Source: Octopus sinensis
Taxonomy: Eukaryota
Reading direction: 5' to 3'
Length of the DNA stretch: 64,000 nucleotides
Assembly: GCF_006345805.1 (NCBI RefSeq)
Contig: NC_043007.1
Span: forward strand, 39,556,001 to 39,620,000
The notes under the pieces were generated by a model. That model ran no database searches and was not told where the DNA came from. It saw only the letters and a list, made by a program, of their open reading frames with translations. The position numbers and the translations under genes were made by a program. Below, piece by piece: positions 1-13,000 of this stretch (position 1 is its first letter; each line of letters starts with the position of its first letter).

Positions 1-59
1 GGTGTATGTGTGCGTGTGTGGGTGTGTGGGTGTATACTATTCAAGTATTGAAATCCGCA

Positions 60-470
60 TTGTGTGATAAAAAGCTTGCTTCCCAACCACATGGTTCCGG
101 GTTCTGTCTCACGGCGTGGCACCTTGGGCAAGTGTCTTCTACTATAGCCTCGGGCCAACCAAAGCCTTGTAAGTGGATTTGGTAGACGGAAACTAAAAGA
201 AGCTCGTTGTGTGTTTATATATACATATATATATATATATATCTGTGTGTGTTTGCGTGTGTTTGCACCCCATCACCGCTTGACAAGCGATAGTGGTGTG
301 TTTACGCCCCTGTGTTCCCGTGACGAAGCGGTTCGGCAAAAGCGAGCAATAGAATAAATACTAGTCTTTAAAAATAAGCCCGGGGGGGGTGTCTAAAAAT
401 CCTTCAAGTCGGTGCTCCAGCATGGCTGCAGTTAAATGACTGAAACAAGTAACAGAATTAAAGAATGAAA
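60..470 (+). mobile_element. tRNA-derived SINE, family A (CORE-like), with internal TA/TG microsatellite
   Basis: Matches the family pattern gcttgcttcccaaccacatggttccgggttc...ggcaccttgggcaagtgtcttct...ggtgctccagcatggc...gactgaaacaagtaa seen in many copies in the window. Confidence 0.8.
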
Positions 471-476
471 GAATAT

Positions 477-477
477 C

Positions 478-548
<71 letters not shown>
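477..548. repeat. (GATA)n microsatellite
   Basis: Direct tandem gata units. Confidence 0.95.
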
Positions 549-729
549 GCAAGCATGGTCATATATGCATATTTAATTCTTTCTCCAGCTATTTCACGTC
601 TCAGTCGAATGGTCAAATAGACATTCTTATATTTATGCGTCTGTTTGTGAGAGAGTCTGCATCTGTCTGCGTGGATGTATCCATTAGCGAATTCTTAATA
701 ATAAAACTAATAAAAATAATGATGGTACC

Positions 730-930
730 AAATTTTGGTAAAAGGCCAGTAATGCTTTGTGGGGTGGGGCGTTAGGTTAGTCGATTGCATCAACCCCGCT
801 ACTCAATTAGCACATATTTTATCAACCACGAAAGGATGAAAGGCAAAATCGACCTCGGTGGAATTTGTTCCCAGAACCGAAAGAGACGTCGCTAAGTCAT
901 CTCTTGTACGACGTGTTAGCGATTCTGCCT
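730..930 (-). mobile_element. SINE family B, degenerate
   Basis: Reverse complement of the family core: gaaaggatgaaaggcaaaatcgacctcggtggaatttg. Confidence 0.7.
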
Positions 931-1020
931 ATAATGATCATTTTATTTTGAAAGTATTGTTATTTGCAACAGCTATTTTTGTAAGTGCCTGTGTGTGCGT
1001 GTTATATATGTGAGTTCGAA

Positions 1021-1417
1021 GGCGGCGAGCTGGCAGAGACGTTAGCACGCTGGACGAAATGCTTGGCGGTATTTCGTCTGCCGTTACGTTCTGAATTCAA
1101 ATTCCGCCGAGGTCGACTTTGCCTTTCATCCTTTCGGGGTCGATAAATTAAGTACCAGTTACGCACTGGGGTCGATGTAATCGACTTAATCCGTTTGTCT
1201 GTCATTGTTTTTCCTCTCTGTGTTTAGCTCTTTGTGGGTAGTAAAGAAATAGGTATTTCATCTGTCTTTACGTCCTGAGTTCAAATTCAGGCGAGGTCGA
1301 CTTTGCCTTTCATCCTTTCGTGGTCGATAAATTAAGTACCAGCTGAGTACTGGGGTCTATCTAATCGACTGGCCCCCTCCCCCAAAATTTCTGATCTTGC
1401 GCCTAGAGCAGAAAAGG
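1021..1417 (+). mobile_element. SINE family B, internally duplicated (dimeric) copy
   Basis: Head ggcggcgagctggcagagacgttagc with B-box-like gaattcaaattc; core ggtcgactttgcctttcatcctttcg...gataaattaagtaccag occurs twice. Confidence 0.85.
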
Positions 1418-1439
1418 TTATAGTGGATGTTTGTTGCTT

Positions 1440-1845
1440 TCATTTATTTTTATTTGTTTTAGTCATTTAGATTGGGGCCAAGGAGGGAACACAGCTTGAA
1501 TAATTTTAGTCGAATGCATTGACCCCACTATCTATTTTTTTAAACCTGGTACTTATTCTATAAATCGGCCGAACTGCTAATTTACAGGGACGTATACACA
1601 CCACCAGCAGTTGTCAAGCGATTTGTGAAACAAAGAGAAACACACGGCCACATACACATCCTCACACACAAAAACACACACACACACGACGGACGCCATT
1701 TTAGTTTCCTTCAACCAAATCTTCTTTCAAGCCTTTGGCTGGCCCGAGCATATAGTAGAAAACACTTGCCCATCGTACCATGCAGCGCGACTCAACTCTG
1801 AAGCAGGTGATCGGGAAGCATACTTCTTACCACACAGCCACATAC
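1440..1845 (-). mobile_element. SINE family A, degenerate
   Basis: Reverse-complement similarity to 4300-4694 throughout, ending cttaccacacagccac. Confidence 0.7.
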
Positions 1846-1903
1846 TTATATACATATATATATACATACATATATATACATATATATATATATAAATATA
1901 TAC

Positions 1904-1936
<33 letters not shown>

Positions 1937-1940
1937 ATAC

Positions 1941-1990
<50 letters not shown>

Positions 1991-1995
1991 CATAT

Positions 1996-2028
<33 letters not shown>

Positions 2029-2093
2029 TATATACATATTACATATATATACATATATACATATATACATATATATATAATATATATATATAT

Positions 2094-2133
<40 letters not shown>
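1846..2133. repeat. TA/TACA microsatellite
   Basis: Direct inspection. Confidence 0.95.
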
Positions 2134-2136
<3 letters not shown>

Positions 2137-2147
2137 CGTGAATTCAT

Positions 2148-2264
2148 AGCTGACTGAAGACGCCACGGGGAAGTCTGTGAACCAGTTTAATGTTGAGCCG
2201 ATCTTATTCCCAAACGGCGCGTTTCTATGTTGTCGAAAGTGGCGTATATTACGTGTCTTTAGCT
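2148..2264 (+). ncRNA. Degenerate hammerhead-like motif with long stem II
   Basis: agctga-CTGAAGA-cgccac...gtggcg-TATA(GAAA lost)-ttacgtGTC-tttagct; stems I and II pair but the GAAA core is mutated. Confidence 0.3.
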
Positions 2265-2921
2265 AAGGATAACCAGCACGCACATACATAGTTGAATATA
2301 CACCGACACACGCAGTCGCATATGTTTGTGTGGGGGGACGACGGGGTATTGGGGGGGGGGGCGGTGTCTGTGTGTCCGTGTGTGTGTGTGTGTATATGAG
2401 CGTGTCGGAATGATTTGTATTCCGCCATAAACTGGTTTTCATGATTTCAACACGAAATTTGACAATATAACTTAATAGGAACTCCGTGGAGTCATATAGA
2501 GATAATTTTTTCACGAAATAAATAAATAAATAGCGAAGAGCGTCAGAAATAAACGGACAAAACTCTCCGTTAATTGCTGGTTTTAGCAAATTGCAATTAA
2601 AGCCAAAACGACCGTCACTACTCCAACGTCATCTGCATTATCACCACCACCACTACTACTACCACCAATAACAACAACAACAACAACAACAACAGCAATA
2701 ACATAAAAATAAGAATAACGATGATATTCATTGCTAAAAGAACAAAACTGTTAGCAAATGTTGTTACGAATAGCTTTTATATCACAGAGAAGCAAGTAAA
2801 CTGGAGTGTAGAATAGTATTAGTATACTAGAGGGGCGATTGTGACGTTGTTTCAGTGTAGAGTTTTAGCATTACCACACTGATGGAGAAAATACAGTTTA
2901 TAATTACATTTAGTATATTAA

Positions 2922-3375
2922 GGCGGCGAGCTGGCAGAAACGTTAGCACGACGGGCGAAATGCTTAGCAGTATTTCGTCTGCCGTTATGTTCAGAGTTCA
3001 AATTCCGCCAAGGTCGACTTTGCCTTTCATCATTTCGTGGTCGATAAATTAAGTACCAGTCACGCACTGTGGTCGAAATAATCGACTTAATCCGTTTGTC
3101 TGTCCGTGTTTGTCCTCTCTGTGTCTAGCCCCTAGTGGGTAGTAAAGATATAGGTATTTCGTCTGCCGTTACCTTCTGAGTTCTAATTCTGCCGAGGTCG
3201 ACTTAGCAGTATTTCGTCTGTCTTTACGTTCTGATTTCAAATTCTGCCGATGTCGACTTTGCCTTTCATTCTTTCGGGGTCGATAAATTAAGTACCAGTT
3301 GCCTACTGGGGTTAATCTAATCGACTGGACACCTCCCCATAAATTTCTGACCTTGTGCCTATAGTAGAAAAGAAT
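2922..3375 (+). mobile_element. SINE family B, multimeric copy with imperfect ~14-bp TSD
   Basis: Family head and repeated core; flanks acatttagtatatt / acatttaagatatt. Confidence 0.85.
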
Positions 3376-3439
3376 AACATTTAAGATATTTGCGTGGTGG
3401 ATGGAATACTTTTTTTAGACTTAACTTTATATGTTAGAG

Positions 3440-3765
3440 CAGTAGTTCTCAACCGGGATCTACATAGCCCCAAATGGTCCATATATGATTTTTGTAGGGT
3501 CCACTGTACAATAGCATTCTGGGGGCCTCTGAAAGAATTTCGCTTTAGATATATGTACTGCTATGTATAATAAGAAACAGCCAGGTTTCTTTCTCTAACA
3601 TTTTATATCGTTCAAACTACACAAGTTAATGTGTGAATGAGAAGATTGGAATTTTGAAAGAAACTTCTATAAAACTAGTTTATGAGCAGCAAATGGCTAT
3701 GGGGGTCCACCAGAATAAAATAGTAACCAAGGACCTCCATAGATAAAAAATGGTTGAAAGCCCTG
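3440..3765. mobile_element. hAT (Charlie-type) MITE
   Basis: TIRs cagtagttctcaacc / ggttgaaagccctg; subterminal similarity to 62346-62606. Confidence 0.65.
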
Positions 3766-3948
3766 GTGATGAACAAAATGAGTTTCCTTCCTTTTCTGAG
3801 TTCAGGTCCTGTTGGGGATCGACTTTCCTTTTCGTCTTGCTGAAGCCGATATATTAACAGTAACTCGACAATAAACAATTGATTTTTATGCATCTAATTG
3901 ACTATATATTTAATTATCTACATATCCAATTGACTTTATATCTAATTC

Positions 3949-3988
<40 letters not shown>

Positions 3989-4196
3989 ATCGCTTCGACA
4001 CCTGATGAGAGTTACAGGGTGCACCTCTTCAGAAAGCCTCGATTTGATGGCGAAAGGGAGTTAATGTGCAGCACGAACGTTTGATTACTACAAAACACAT
4101 CATTTGTCCAGGTCGCTCGACAAAAAGCTGGATGCTCATACGTGGTCTTCGACGGGAGAGCCCATCACACACATACACACACACACACACACACAC

Positions 4197-4229
<33 letters not shown>

Positions 4230-4299
4230 TATAAAAACAATTGCAGCGTGGAAGGTACATACATACATATATATATATACATATCCCGCTTGCTTTATA

Positions 4300-4693
4300 G
4301 GCGTAGGAGTGGCTGTGTGGTAAGTAGCTTGCTTCCCAACCACATGGTTCCTGGTTCAGTTCCACTGCATGGCACCTTGGGCAAGTGTCTTCTGCTACAG
4401 ACTCAGGCCCACTGAAGCCTTGTGAGTGGATTTGGTACACGGAAAGTGAAAGAAGCCCGCCGTATATATATAAATGTGTGTGTATGTGTTTGTGTTTCTC
4501 CACCACCACCACCATCACTTGACAACCGATATTGGTGTGTTTACGTCCCCGTAACTTAGAAGTTCGACAAAAGACACCGATAGGATAAGTACTAGGCTTA
4601 CAAAGAATAAGTCCTGAGGTCGATTTGTTCGACTAAATGCGGTGTTCCAGCATGGCCGCAGTCAAGTGACTGAAAAAGTAAAAGAGTAAAAGA

Positions 4694-4694
<1 letters not shown>
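4300..4694 (+). mobile_element. SINE family A, full length
   Basis: ggcgtaggagtggctgtgtgg (A box) ... ggttcagttcc (B box), core ggcaccttgggcaagtg, tail (aaaagagt)n. Confidence 0.9.
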
Positions 4695-4730
<36 letters not shown>

Positions 4731-4839
4731 ATATACTTCTCCTGGTTTTAATTATTAGAGTGTGACCATGCTGGAGTACTCTCGTTAAAAGAGTTAACTG
4801 AATGTGTGGGCGTTTTCTTATTTCTATATATTCGCTTTA

Positions 4840-5030
4840 TTAAGAGCAAACTTTGTTTAAGTAACATCCTGTTGAGTACGTCGGTCCTCCAAGTATTGTG
4901 AGAGTTCCTTTGTGATTCTAAGTTTACGGATCTTCTCCTTCTTGTTTACAAATAAAAGACTGTTTTATAATGTTTCCGGTCACTAGGGTGTTTCTATGTT
5001 GTAATATCGTCAGTAAGAGTCAAAAGCTTA
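4840..5030 (-). mobile_element. Possible very old Penelope GIY-YIG C-terminal remnant
   Basis: Frameshifted minus-strand peptide RKLRIT..TILED..LN resembling the R.L...E...I....P.LN end of GIY-YIG domains. Confidence 0.25.
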
Positions 5031-5144
5031 CATCACCTCGTTTTCTTTGAGTTAAAACATGCGTGCAGAGTGACGTCATCATATGTTAATTTTGCTTCAT
5101 CATACTTCATCACAAATAATAATTTGTTGACAGCGTAGAGCAGT

Positions 5145-5565
5145 TTCTCTTTCTCTTTCTCTTTTCTCTTTTACTTGTTTCAGTCATTTGACTGCGGCCA
5201 TGCTGGAGCATCGCTTTTAGTCGTCTACCAAATCGACCCCAGGACTTGTTCTTTGTAAGCCTAGTACTTATTCTATCGGTGTCTTTTGCCGAACCGCTAA
5301 GTTACGTGGTCGTAAACACACCAGCATCGGTTGTCAAGCGATGTTGGTGGGACAAACACAGACACACAAACATATACATACATGCACATATATACATATA
5401 TACCGCGGGCTTCTTTCAGTTTCCGTCTATCAAATCCACTACAAAGGCTTTGGTCGGTCCGAGGCTATAGTAGAAGACACTTGCCCAAGGTGCCACACAG
5501 AGGGAATGATCCCGGAACCATGTGGCTGGTAAGCAAGCTACTTACCACACAGCCACTCCTGCGCC
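5145..5565 (-). mobile_element. SINE family A, full length
   Basis: Reverse complement of 4300-4694, ending agccactcctgcgcc. Confidence 0.9.
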
Positions 5566-5588
5566 AGTTGTTCATTCCATATGTATTA

Positions 5589-6520
5589 AGAAGGGGTACC
5601 CAATAGAAATCGGAAGTTTGCAATACAATTTTATTCACGTAGTTTTACATGTTTACACTTTTATTGCCTTCAAAGTATTCGCCATTCGAAGCGACGCATC
5701 GGCCCAGACGCGTATTCCAATGTTCGAAGCAGGGCTGGAACCCTTGCGAAATGATGCCTTTTAACGTCTCTGTTGTTGTTTTTCTTTTGTTGTTTTTTTC
5801 ACCTTTTCCACATTTGCAAAGCATTTTCCTTTAAAGACTTTTATTCATTCAGGAGAACAAGAAAAAGGTCGCAAGGAGCAAGTTCAGGTGAATTGGGGGT
5901 AGTGATCCAGCGGGGTCATGCCATTTTTGGTCAAAATCTGTCTAACACTTCCGTGAGCAAGCGATTCACAAATTTTGCTGCAACTCCTTTCATTCACAAT
6001 TCCTCGCTCCGAATTAATAGACAGGAGCTCCAGGGCACATCAGTCATATCAACAAGTTCGTCAATCGTTCGACGACAGTCCCTCAAGATCAGTTCATGAA
6101 TTTTCGTGATGTTTTCATTCAGTCAGGAGGTCGTCGATCGCCCTGAACAAGGTTGGTATTCAAGCGACAAGTAACCATTCCTAAAGCGTGAAAGACCACT
6201 CGTAAACTTGTGTTTTCCTCATGGCAGCGTTCTCGTAAGCTGTTTGAGGCATAAAAATGGTTTCAGTCGCTGTTCCCTCAGCAGAAGACAGAATTTCACG
6301 CAAACCTGCTGTTCCTGCGTTTCAACCAACTCAAACATCGACGAACAGGGAAGAAGCACTGCAAAACAAAGGCGTACCACATGGCAGAACCATACTAGAT
6401 GCCGCCGGTCGACGGGCAAATGCGTGAGGGTCGCATCAAGTGCATTCTAGCGGCGGAAGCACGAACTGCAACGGCTTATTCCACAAAGAACGTTTCTGGT
6501 TACTTTTGGGGACATCCTCG
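5589..6520 (-). mobile_element. Mariner DNA transposon relic, internally deleted
   Basis: Degenerate TIRs (gaaggggtacccaatagaaatcggaag / tttctggttacttttggggacatcctcg) flanked by TA; minus-strand peptides EQQVCVKFC.L (HTH), NSPELAPCDLF (YSPDL motif) and CFEHWNTRLGRCVASNGEYFEGNK. Confidence 0.85.
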
Positions 6521-6809
6521 TAAATGACAAAGAAATGTTACTCATCGACATGTTTGGTCGATTACATGGCATTAAAAAGCGTTTCACAATCTCTATTACC
6601 CAACTACTTTTTAAAGCAATCTCCTTTTCTTTGATTGCCAGAACATAACCTTCAAAATGGGATGTGATGTCATGGTCAGAAGACCATGCGGCTGCACGGG
6701 ACATTATTGAGGGTTAAATGTCTCTTGGCTAGTTCACACCTCGCCTGAAGGAAGTTATATCATATATTGGTTTCAAATTTTGGCACAAGTCTAGCAAGTC
6801 GAGGCTAGT

Positions 6810-6900
6810 ACAAGAGACTGAACAAGGTGCCACGCAGTGGGACTGAACCCGGGACCATATGGTTGGGAAGCAAGCTTCTTACCACACACCCAAGCCTGTG
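6810..6900 (-). mobile_element. SINE family A head fragment
   Basis: caaggtgccacgcagtgggactgaacccgggaccatatggttgggaagcaagc. Confidence 0.7.
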
Positions 6901-7734
6901 CCTATGTATGTATGAATGTATGTATGTATGTATGTATATATGTATGTATGTATGCATGCATGCATGCATGTATGTATGTATGTATGTATGTATGTATGTA
7001 TGTATGTATTAAGTGAAGGAAGGCTTTATTTGGGGGAACTGCTAGACTTGTGCCAAAATTTGAAACCGGTGAATGATATCAGTAAGGCGGCGACTTGGTA
7101 GAATCGTTAGCACGGCCGAGTAAAATTGTAAGAAAGGGTTTGCATAGGGACAATCACTCTCTAAGTGACCTATCATTTGCCCGGAAATGTGCAGGGCCTA
7201 TCTTCACCTTCAAATCTTCAAACACAAGCATGTTTGATCTTTAACTTTGCTATTATGTATTGTATACATTGGTTGACTTAGAATGAAGACATGAGGTTTC
7301 ACTCTGTTGATCAGCACTTCACTGTATCCTACACTACTAACTTTTCCAGGTCCCTTTTCCAGGTTGCGTTGCACTATAAGCTCTTTTGCAACCAAATTAA
7401 AAACCGATTAGCATAACTTTTTCTGTGGAAAGTTATGGCTCGAATTTCTTTTCCGCTGGCGATTTTGAATGTTTCCACTCTATTCTTTATCTTTCAGATT
7501 CAAGTTCAATGTGATGAACCTATGTTTCAATTATGACTATTCTCTTCACAAAAACGCTTCACCTCCATCGCTATAGCAGTCCAGTAAGCGTTGACAGATC
7601 TTGACACGATTGTGCTTATGCGCTTTGCTAAGATCTCTTGGAACTCCTCTCGCACAGACTTTACGGAAGCAGCACAGAAAGAAACAAGGAGAGAAAATAA
7701 AGAATGTGTAGCGGCTAGCAATCTATCATGGCGA

Positions 7735-7799
<65 letters not shown>

Positions 7800-7802
<3 letters not shown>

Positions 7803-9815
7803 TGTTGTGTCTGGGTAGAGTCATTGTCTTTTAGTGCCTTATAATTTAACACACTCACCAGTAAAATTTCCACTCATTTCCTTTTATCTTTATAAAATTT
7901 TCGTTGCGTCTTGCAACCTTTTCAATAGTTGTTGACTGCGTTCTTTTTGTTTGTTTATGCGCATATGTGTGGGTCAGTATATATATATATATATATATAC
8001 ATGTGCATACACATGTATATATGTATGTACGCATGCATATCTGTACGCATGTATGTGTCTGCGCATATGTATATATGTATATATCTGTGTATATTTGTAT
8101 GTATGTATTCTGTATATTCATGTTTGTGTATTTTGATGTATGTGTGTGTGGTTGCATGTGTGTGTGTGTGTACCTCTGTCTCCTTGTGTGTGCATGTCTG
8201 AGTGTCTGTGTGTCTGTGTCTGTATGGGTTTTTTGCAACTATGTTCTGTGTTTGTATGTATGGATGTATATCTCCATATGTGTGGACGTGTGTCTCCATA
8301 TGTGTCCTTGCGTGAAGGGAAGTGTGTGTGTATATATGGTCATGTGTTTCAGTCTTCATTTGTGTATATGTGTGTATGTGTGCTTGTCTGTTCATATAAC
8401 CTATGTACCTATCTGTCTGTATGTCTATCAGTTTAATTTCATATCCATATGCTTACATATTTGTGCGTATACAAATGCATATATACATACACACACACAC
8501 CCCACACACATACAGACATCTATCTACATAACAGCCCACTAACTATTTTTCTCTACCTGTATAAAGTGTAAATATGGGGGTATGATGTCTATTACGTATA
8601 TTTCCTATCTAGTACTGAGGAAGTTTCATTTATGAGGACGTACTCCTGTATTTGTCTGAGTGTTGGGTGCTTGGATAAGATGCGGATGTCATGTTAACCC
8701 AGGTTGCTTCCACGTTGGTCCTTGGCATGTTGGTAGAGTATGGAGGACTGTTTTTTGTCATCATATTGTCTCAAATATTCATTTAGTCGTGCCGCATTGC
8801 TCCTAGATCTCTTCCCTATTTATGCCATGTTCATGTCTTTACAAGCACCTTCTATGCATCTTATACTGTAAACTACATTTCTAGTTCTACAGTTAATGCC
8901 AGGGCTAATTCTACATACCATGCAGTTATCATTGGTGCATATGATAGTTATGATCTGACGGAGTTCCCTGGCTTTTCAAAAATCTTTATGTTGAGTTTGC
9001 TCTCCTTCAGAGCTTTCCTAAATTTACGGGCTAGTTCTCCATGGGCTGTGGCTTCTACAAACATCACCCCTTGATATTTGTCAGTTTTATACCACGTGTT
9101 CACCCAGTTTGCTTTGTCACAGGTTCTTTGTATCCTATTCCAGTCTTTGTTTCTATAACTAGGGCAGGTACCACTGATATCATTACATATAATGCTATCT
9201 AACTTCTTTCTAACTCTCTTGTATACTCGAACCCTGTCTTTCTGATCATATCCAGAGAACTGCACGCGGTGCATGAAGTTCTGTACATGTTTTTTTCGTT
9301 TCATAAGGGTTTGCATAGTGAGGACGCGTTGTTCATTATCCTAACTAGGTCTGCTATCAGTATGTAAATTTTCATGTTGTGTGACAAAGCTAAGTTATTG
9401 TGAACAACATATTTTGAAGTTATGGGTTTCATGTGGAAGAGCTGCACTCTATTGTTCACAGTCTCTAACCAAAGTTCAGTATCAAGGACGGGGAGTCTAT
9501 TCTGGGGTGCCTAGTGGGGGGTAATCTATAATTACCGTGATACTTTGGTGGATGGAGTTAGCTGCTTCCTGGATGCTCTCCTTTAGGTTCCTCTTAGTTT
9601 CTATGAACATTTGAGACAATATAACGACAAAAAATAGTCCTCCATACTCTACCAACATGCCAAGGACCAACATGCACACACAAGGAGACAAAGGTGCACA
9701 CACACACATACAAACACACACACACACATACATAAAAACCCTCAAACACATGAATATGCAGAATACATACATACAAATGTACACACATACATACATACAT
9801 ACATACATACATACA

Positions 9816-9846
<31 letters not shown>

Positions 9847-10140
9847 GCACACACACATACATGTATACACACACAGGCATGCATACATACATACATACAT
9901 ATGTATGCACACGCTGACCTACACACAGGCGCACAAACAAACAAAAAGAACGCAGAGTGAATAACTATTGAAAAGGTTGTAAGACGCAACGACAAGTTTA
10001 GAAAATAAAGAAGTAAATGAGTGGACATTTTACCGATGAGTGTGTTAAATTATAAGGCACTAAAAGAGAACGACTCTCCTCAGACACAACAGAATATGCT
10101 TCAACACACGAACTCATATAAAGAATCTTGCAAAACAAAT
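7800..10140 (-). mobile_element. Penelope-like element fragment (RT thumb + GIY-YIG) with inverted terminal duplication
   Basis: Minus-strand peptides LPVLDTELWLE, GVMFVEATAHGELARKF..KIFEKPG (ORF 8948-9316) and CRTRNVVYSIRC..IGKRSRS..RLNE; 7800-8195 and 8715-8785 are repeated in inverted orientation at about 9600-10095. Confidence 0.8.
7891..7928 (-). ncRNA. Minimal hammerhead-like motif, U3-A8 core variant
   Basis: cta-TTGAAAA-g-GTTGC-aagac-GCAAC-GAAAATTT-ta; mutated homologues at 9965-10001 (+) and about 13700-13735 (+); stem I is weak. Confidence 0.45.
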
Positions 10141-10538
10141 CCCAAAACTAAATATATATATATATATATCTTTAATCTTTAACTAGTTTCAGTCATTTAA
10201 ACGTGGCCATCTTGAGGCACCGCCCTGACCCCTATATGTATATATATATATATATTATATATATATTATATATATATATATAATATATATATATATAATA
10301 TATATATATATAATATATATATATATATATTATATATATATATATACATATATATACATATATATACTATATATACATATACATGCATATATATATACAT
10401 ATACGTATATATATATATATAATATATATATATATATATACATATGTATATATGTATATATGTATGTATGTATATATGTATGTACGTATGTATGTATGTA
10501 TGTATATATATGTACGTATGTATGCATGTATATATATA

Positions 10539-10759
10539 CGAAGGGGTGCAAAAAATATTCCTAGATTTAAAGGTTTCGCGAAAAGGCCTGGTTTGAGGCC
10601 CGGCCTTTCGAGTTCTTTAACAGAGCTTGAAAAAAATTAAGGGGCCCCCTACATTAGGTGTGTGAATCTGAGAGGGGAATATGTTGAATAAATTTGTCAT
10701 TAACAGATCCTCCTGTATTATCTTTTACCCAAAACCAGGATCTTTTCAACACCCCCTCG
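10539..10759 (+). mobile_element. Mariner-derived MITE
   Basis: TIRs cgaaggggtgcaaaaaatattcct / aggatcttttcaacaccccctcg; internal CVNLRGEYVE* transposase C-terminus. Confidence 0.7.
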
Positions 10760-10795
10760 TGTACACTCACATATATACATACATACATACATACA

Positions 10796-10829
<34 letters not shown>

Positions 10830-10998
10830 CATACATACATACAGACACACACATATATATATATGCGTGTGTATGTATGAATGTATATATATATATAATG
10901 TATATATATATATATGTATGTATATGTATATGTATATGTATGAATATATCTATATGTAGATATGTATATAGATATATAGATATGTGTGTATATATATA

Positions 10999-11128
10999 CA
11001 GGGTGTCCCCAAAAAATGTATACACATAGTGGTTCGGCAAAAGAGAACGATAGAATAAGTACTAGGCTTACAAAGAATAACAAATTTACAATTATTTAAG
11101 GTGTGTATACATTTTTTGGGACACCCTG
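10999..11128. mobile_element. Tc1/mariner-type mini-MITE containing a SINE-A fragment
   Basis: ~28-bp TIRs cagggtgtccccaaaaaatgtatacaca / tgtgtatacattttttgggacaccctg with TA on both sides. Confidence 0.85.
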
Positions 11129-11162
<34 letters not shown>

Positions 11163-11583
11163 TGTATGTATGTATGTGGTTATCCCTGTAATGATGCTCT
11201 ATGTCACATGGTATTCAGGATATACTTGTCTTTAAGGAGTTGTCTAATCACCCAATCACAAGCCGGACGGCGGAAGATGTTGCTTGAACAACAAATGAAC
11301 CAGTGAAAGATTAGAAGAAAAAGGAAGGAAACAGAAAGAAAGGCATAAAAAGAACAACAAAAAAAAAACAAAAAGAAAGAAAGAGAGAAAGAGAGAAAGA
11401 GAGCGGGAAGGAAGAATGAAGAAGAACGGCATAAAGAACCATTGAGCAGATGGAGAAGGAAAATTCCAAGTCCGCACCTTTATAATGGTTTAAGTGCTCT
11501 TTCCAGCTGTGTCCTTGAAATAGTTTCGTGTTTGTGTGGGCGTTGTTGGTTTAATGTTTTTGTATGTTTCTTCGAATAATGTG

Positions 11584-11614
<31 letters not shown>

Positions 11615-11828
11615 TGTGCGTGTGTGTGTGTGTGTGCGTGTGTGTGCGCGCGCGCTCTTCTGTGACTGCATTGATCAAATGCGTATGAATTCACGTGAAG
11701 ACGTATGGAAGCCATGTGTTTATGAATAATATTACACTTGTAAGTGTGAGACTATTTGTGCACATGTCTGCGTGTGTGTGTATGTGTACGCGCATGCGTG
11801 TGCGTGTGTATATATCTGTGTTGAAATC

Positions 11829-11864
<36 letters not shown>

Positions 11865-11987
11865 ATACACATACATGTATATACCACTATGTGTATACAT
11901 GATATATGTATATACCACTATGTGTATACATGATATATGTATATAATATATACATATATATATTATATAATATATATATATATATAT

Positions 11988-12018
<31 letters not shown>

Positions 12019-12109
12019 CTTGATGTATAATGCATTTACATTAATATGTACATGCATATATATGTATGTGTGTATGTATATACACACATACATGTATGTA
12101 TATCTTTTT

Positions 12110-12330
12110 TTTCTTTTTTTCTTTTTCTTTTGCTTGTTTCAGTCATTTGACTGCGGCCATGCTGGAGCACCGCCTTTAGTCGAGCAAATCGACCCCGAGA
12201 CTAATTCTTTGTAAGTCCAATACTTATTCTATCGGTCTCTTTTTGCCGAACCGCTAAGTTACGGGGACGTAAACACACCAGCATCGGTTGTCAAGCAATG
12301 CTAGGGGGACAAACACAGACACAAACAGTC
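12110..12330 (-). mobile_element. SINE family A 3' half
   Basis: cttgtttcagtcatttgactgcggccatgctggagcacc...gacaaacacagacac. Confidence 0.85.
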
Positions 12331-12434
12331 ACAAACAGAGTGACTCAAGGATCGAGAGTTTCGTGCGTAAGCACATACCAAATTAGTCAGAAGTCGAAGA
12401 CATTTCAACACGCTTCTATACATTCAATTACTCT

Positions 12435-13000
12435 TTTTATTCTTCTTGTTTCAGTCAATTTTTACTGCGGCCTGCTAGAGCATGACCTTGAAGTGTTTTA
12501 GTCGAATAAATCACCCACAGGATTTGTGAGTTTAGTACTTATTTATTTTTTTCTTTGCCGAACCGCTAAGTTACGGGGGCGTAAACACACCAGCAACGGT
12601 TGTCAAGCGATGTTAGGGGGACAAACACAAACACACAAACATATACACGCACATACATACATACATACATACATACATACATACATGTATATATATATAT
12701 ATACATATATTGGCCTGCTCGCTTAGCCAGCGGGGTGGCGTCATTCGAAGGCTAAAACAATGCGAACGCATTGTGACCAGCGATGGCCTGGTAGGTCACG
12801 TGATCACGTGATATATATATATATATATTACATATACATATATACGATGGGCTTCTTTTTAGTTTCCGTCTACCAAATCCACTCACAAGGCTTTAGTTGG
12901 CCCAAGGCTACAGCAGATGACACTTGCCCAACGTGCCACACAGTGGAACTGAACCAGGAACCGTGCAGTTAGAAAGCAAACTTTTTACCACACAACCACC
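12435..13000 (-). mobile_element. SINE family A with a foreign ~110-bp insert in its internal microsatellite
   Basis: Both halves present; unrelated GC-rich segment at 12710-12812 ending ggtcacgtgatcacgtgat. Confidence 0.75.

Noticed and set aside
2330-2365. G-run cluster as a functional G-quadruplex
   Set aside because: It is embedded in microsatellite or homopolymer sequence with no supporting context
3998-4045. CTGATGA-gag...ctc..GAAA as a hammerhead
   Set aside because: GAAA does not directly follow stem II, and no stem I/III or NUH triplet forms
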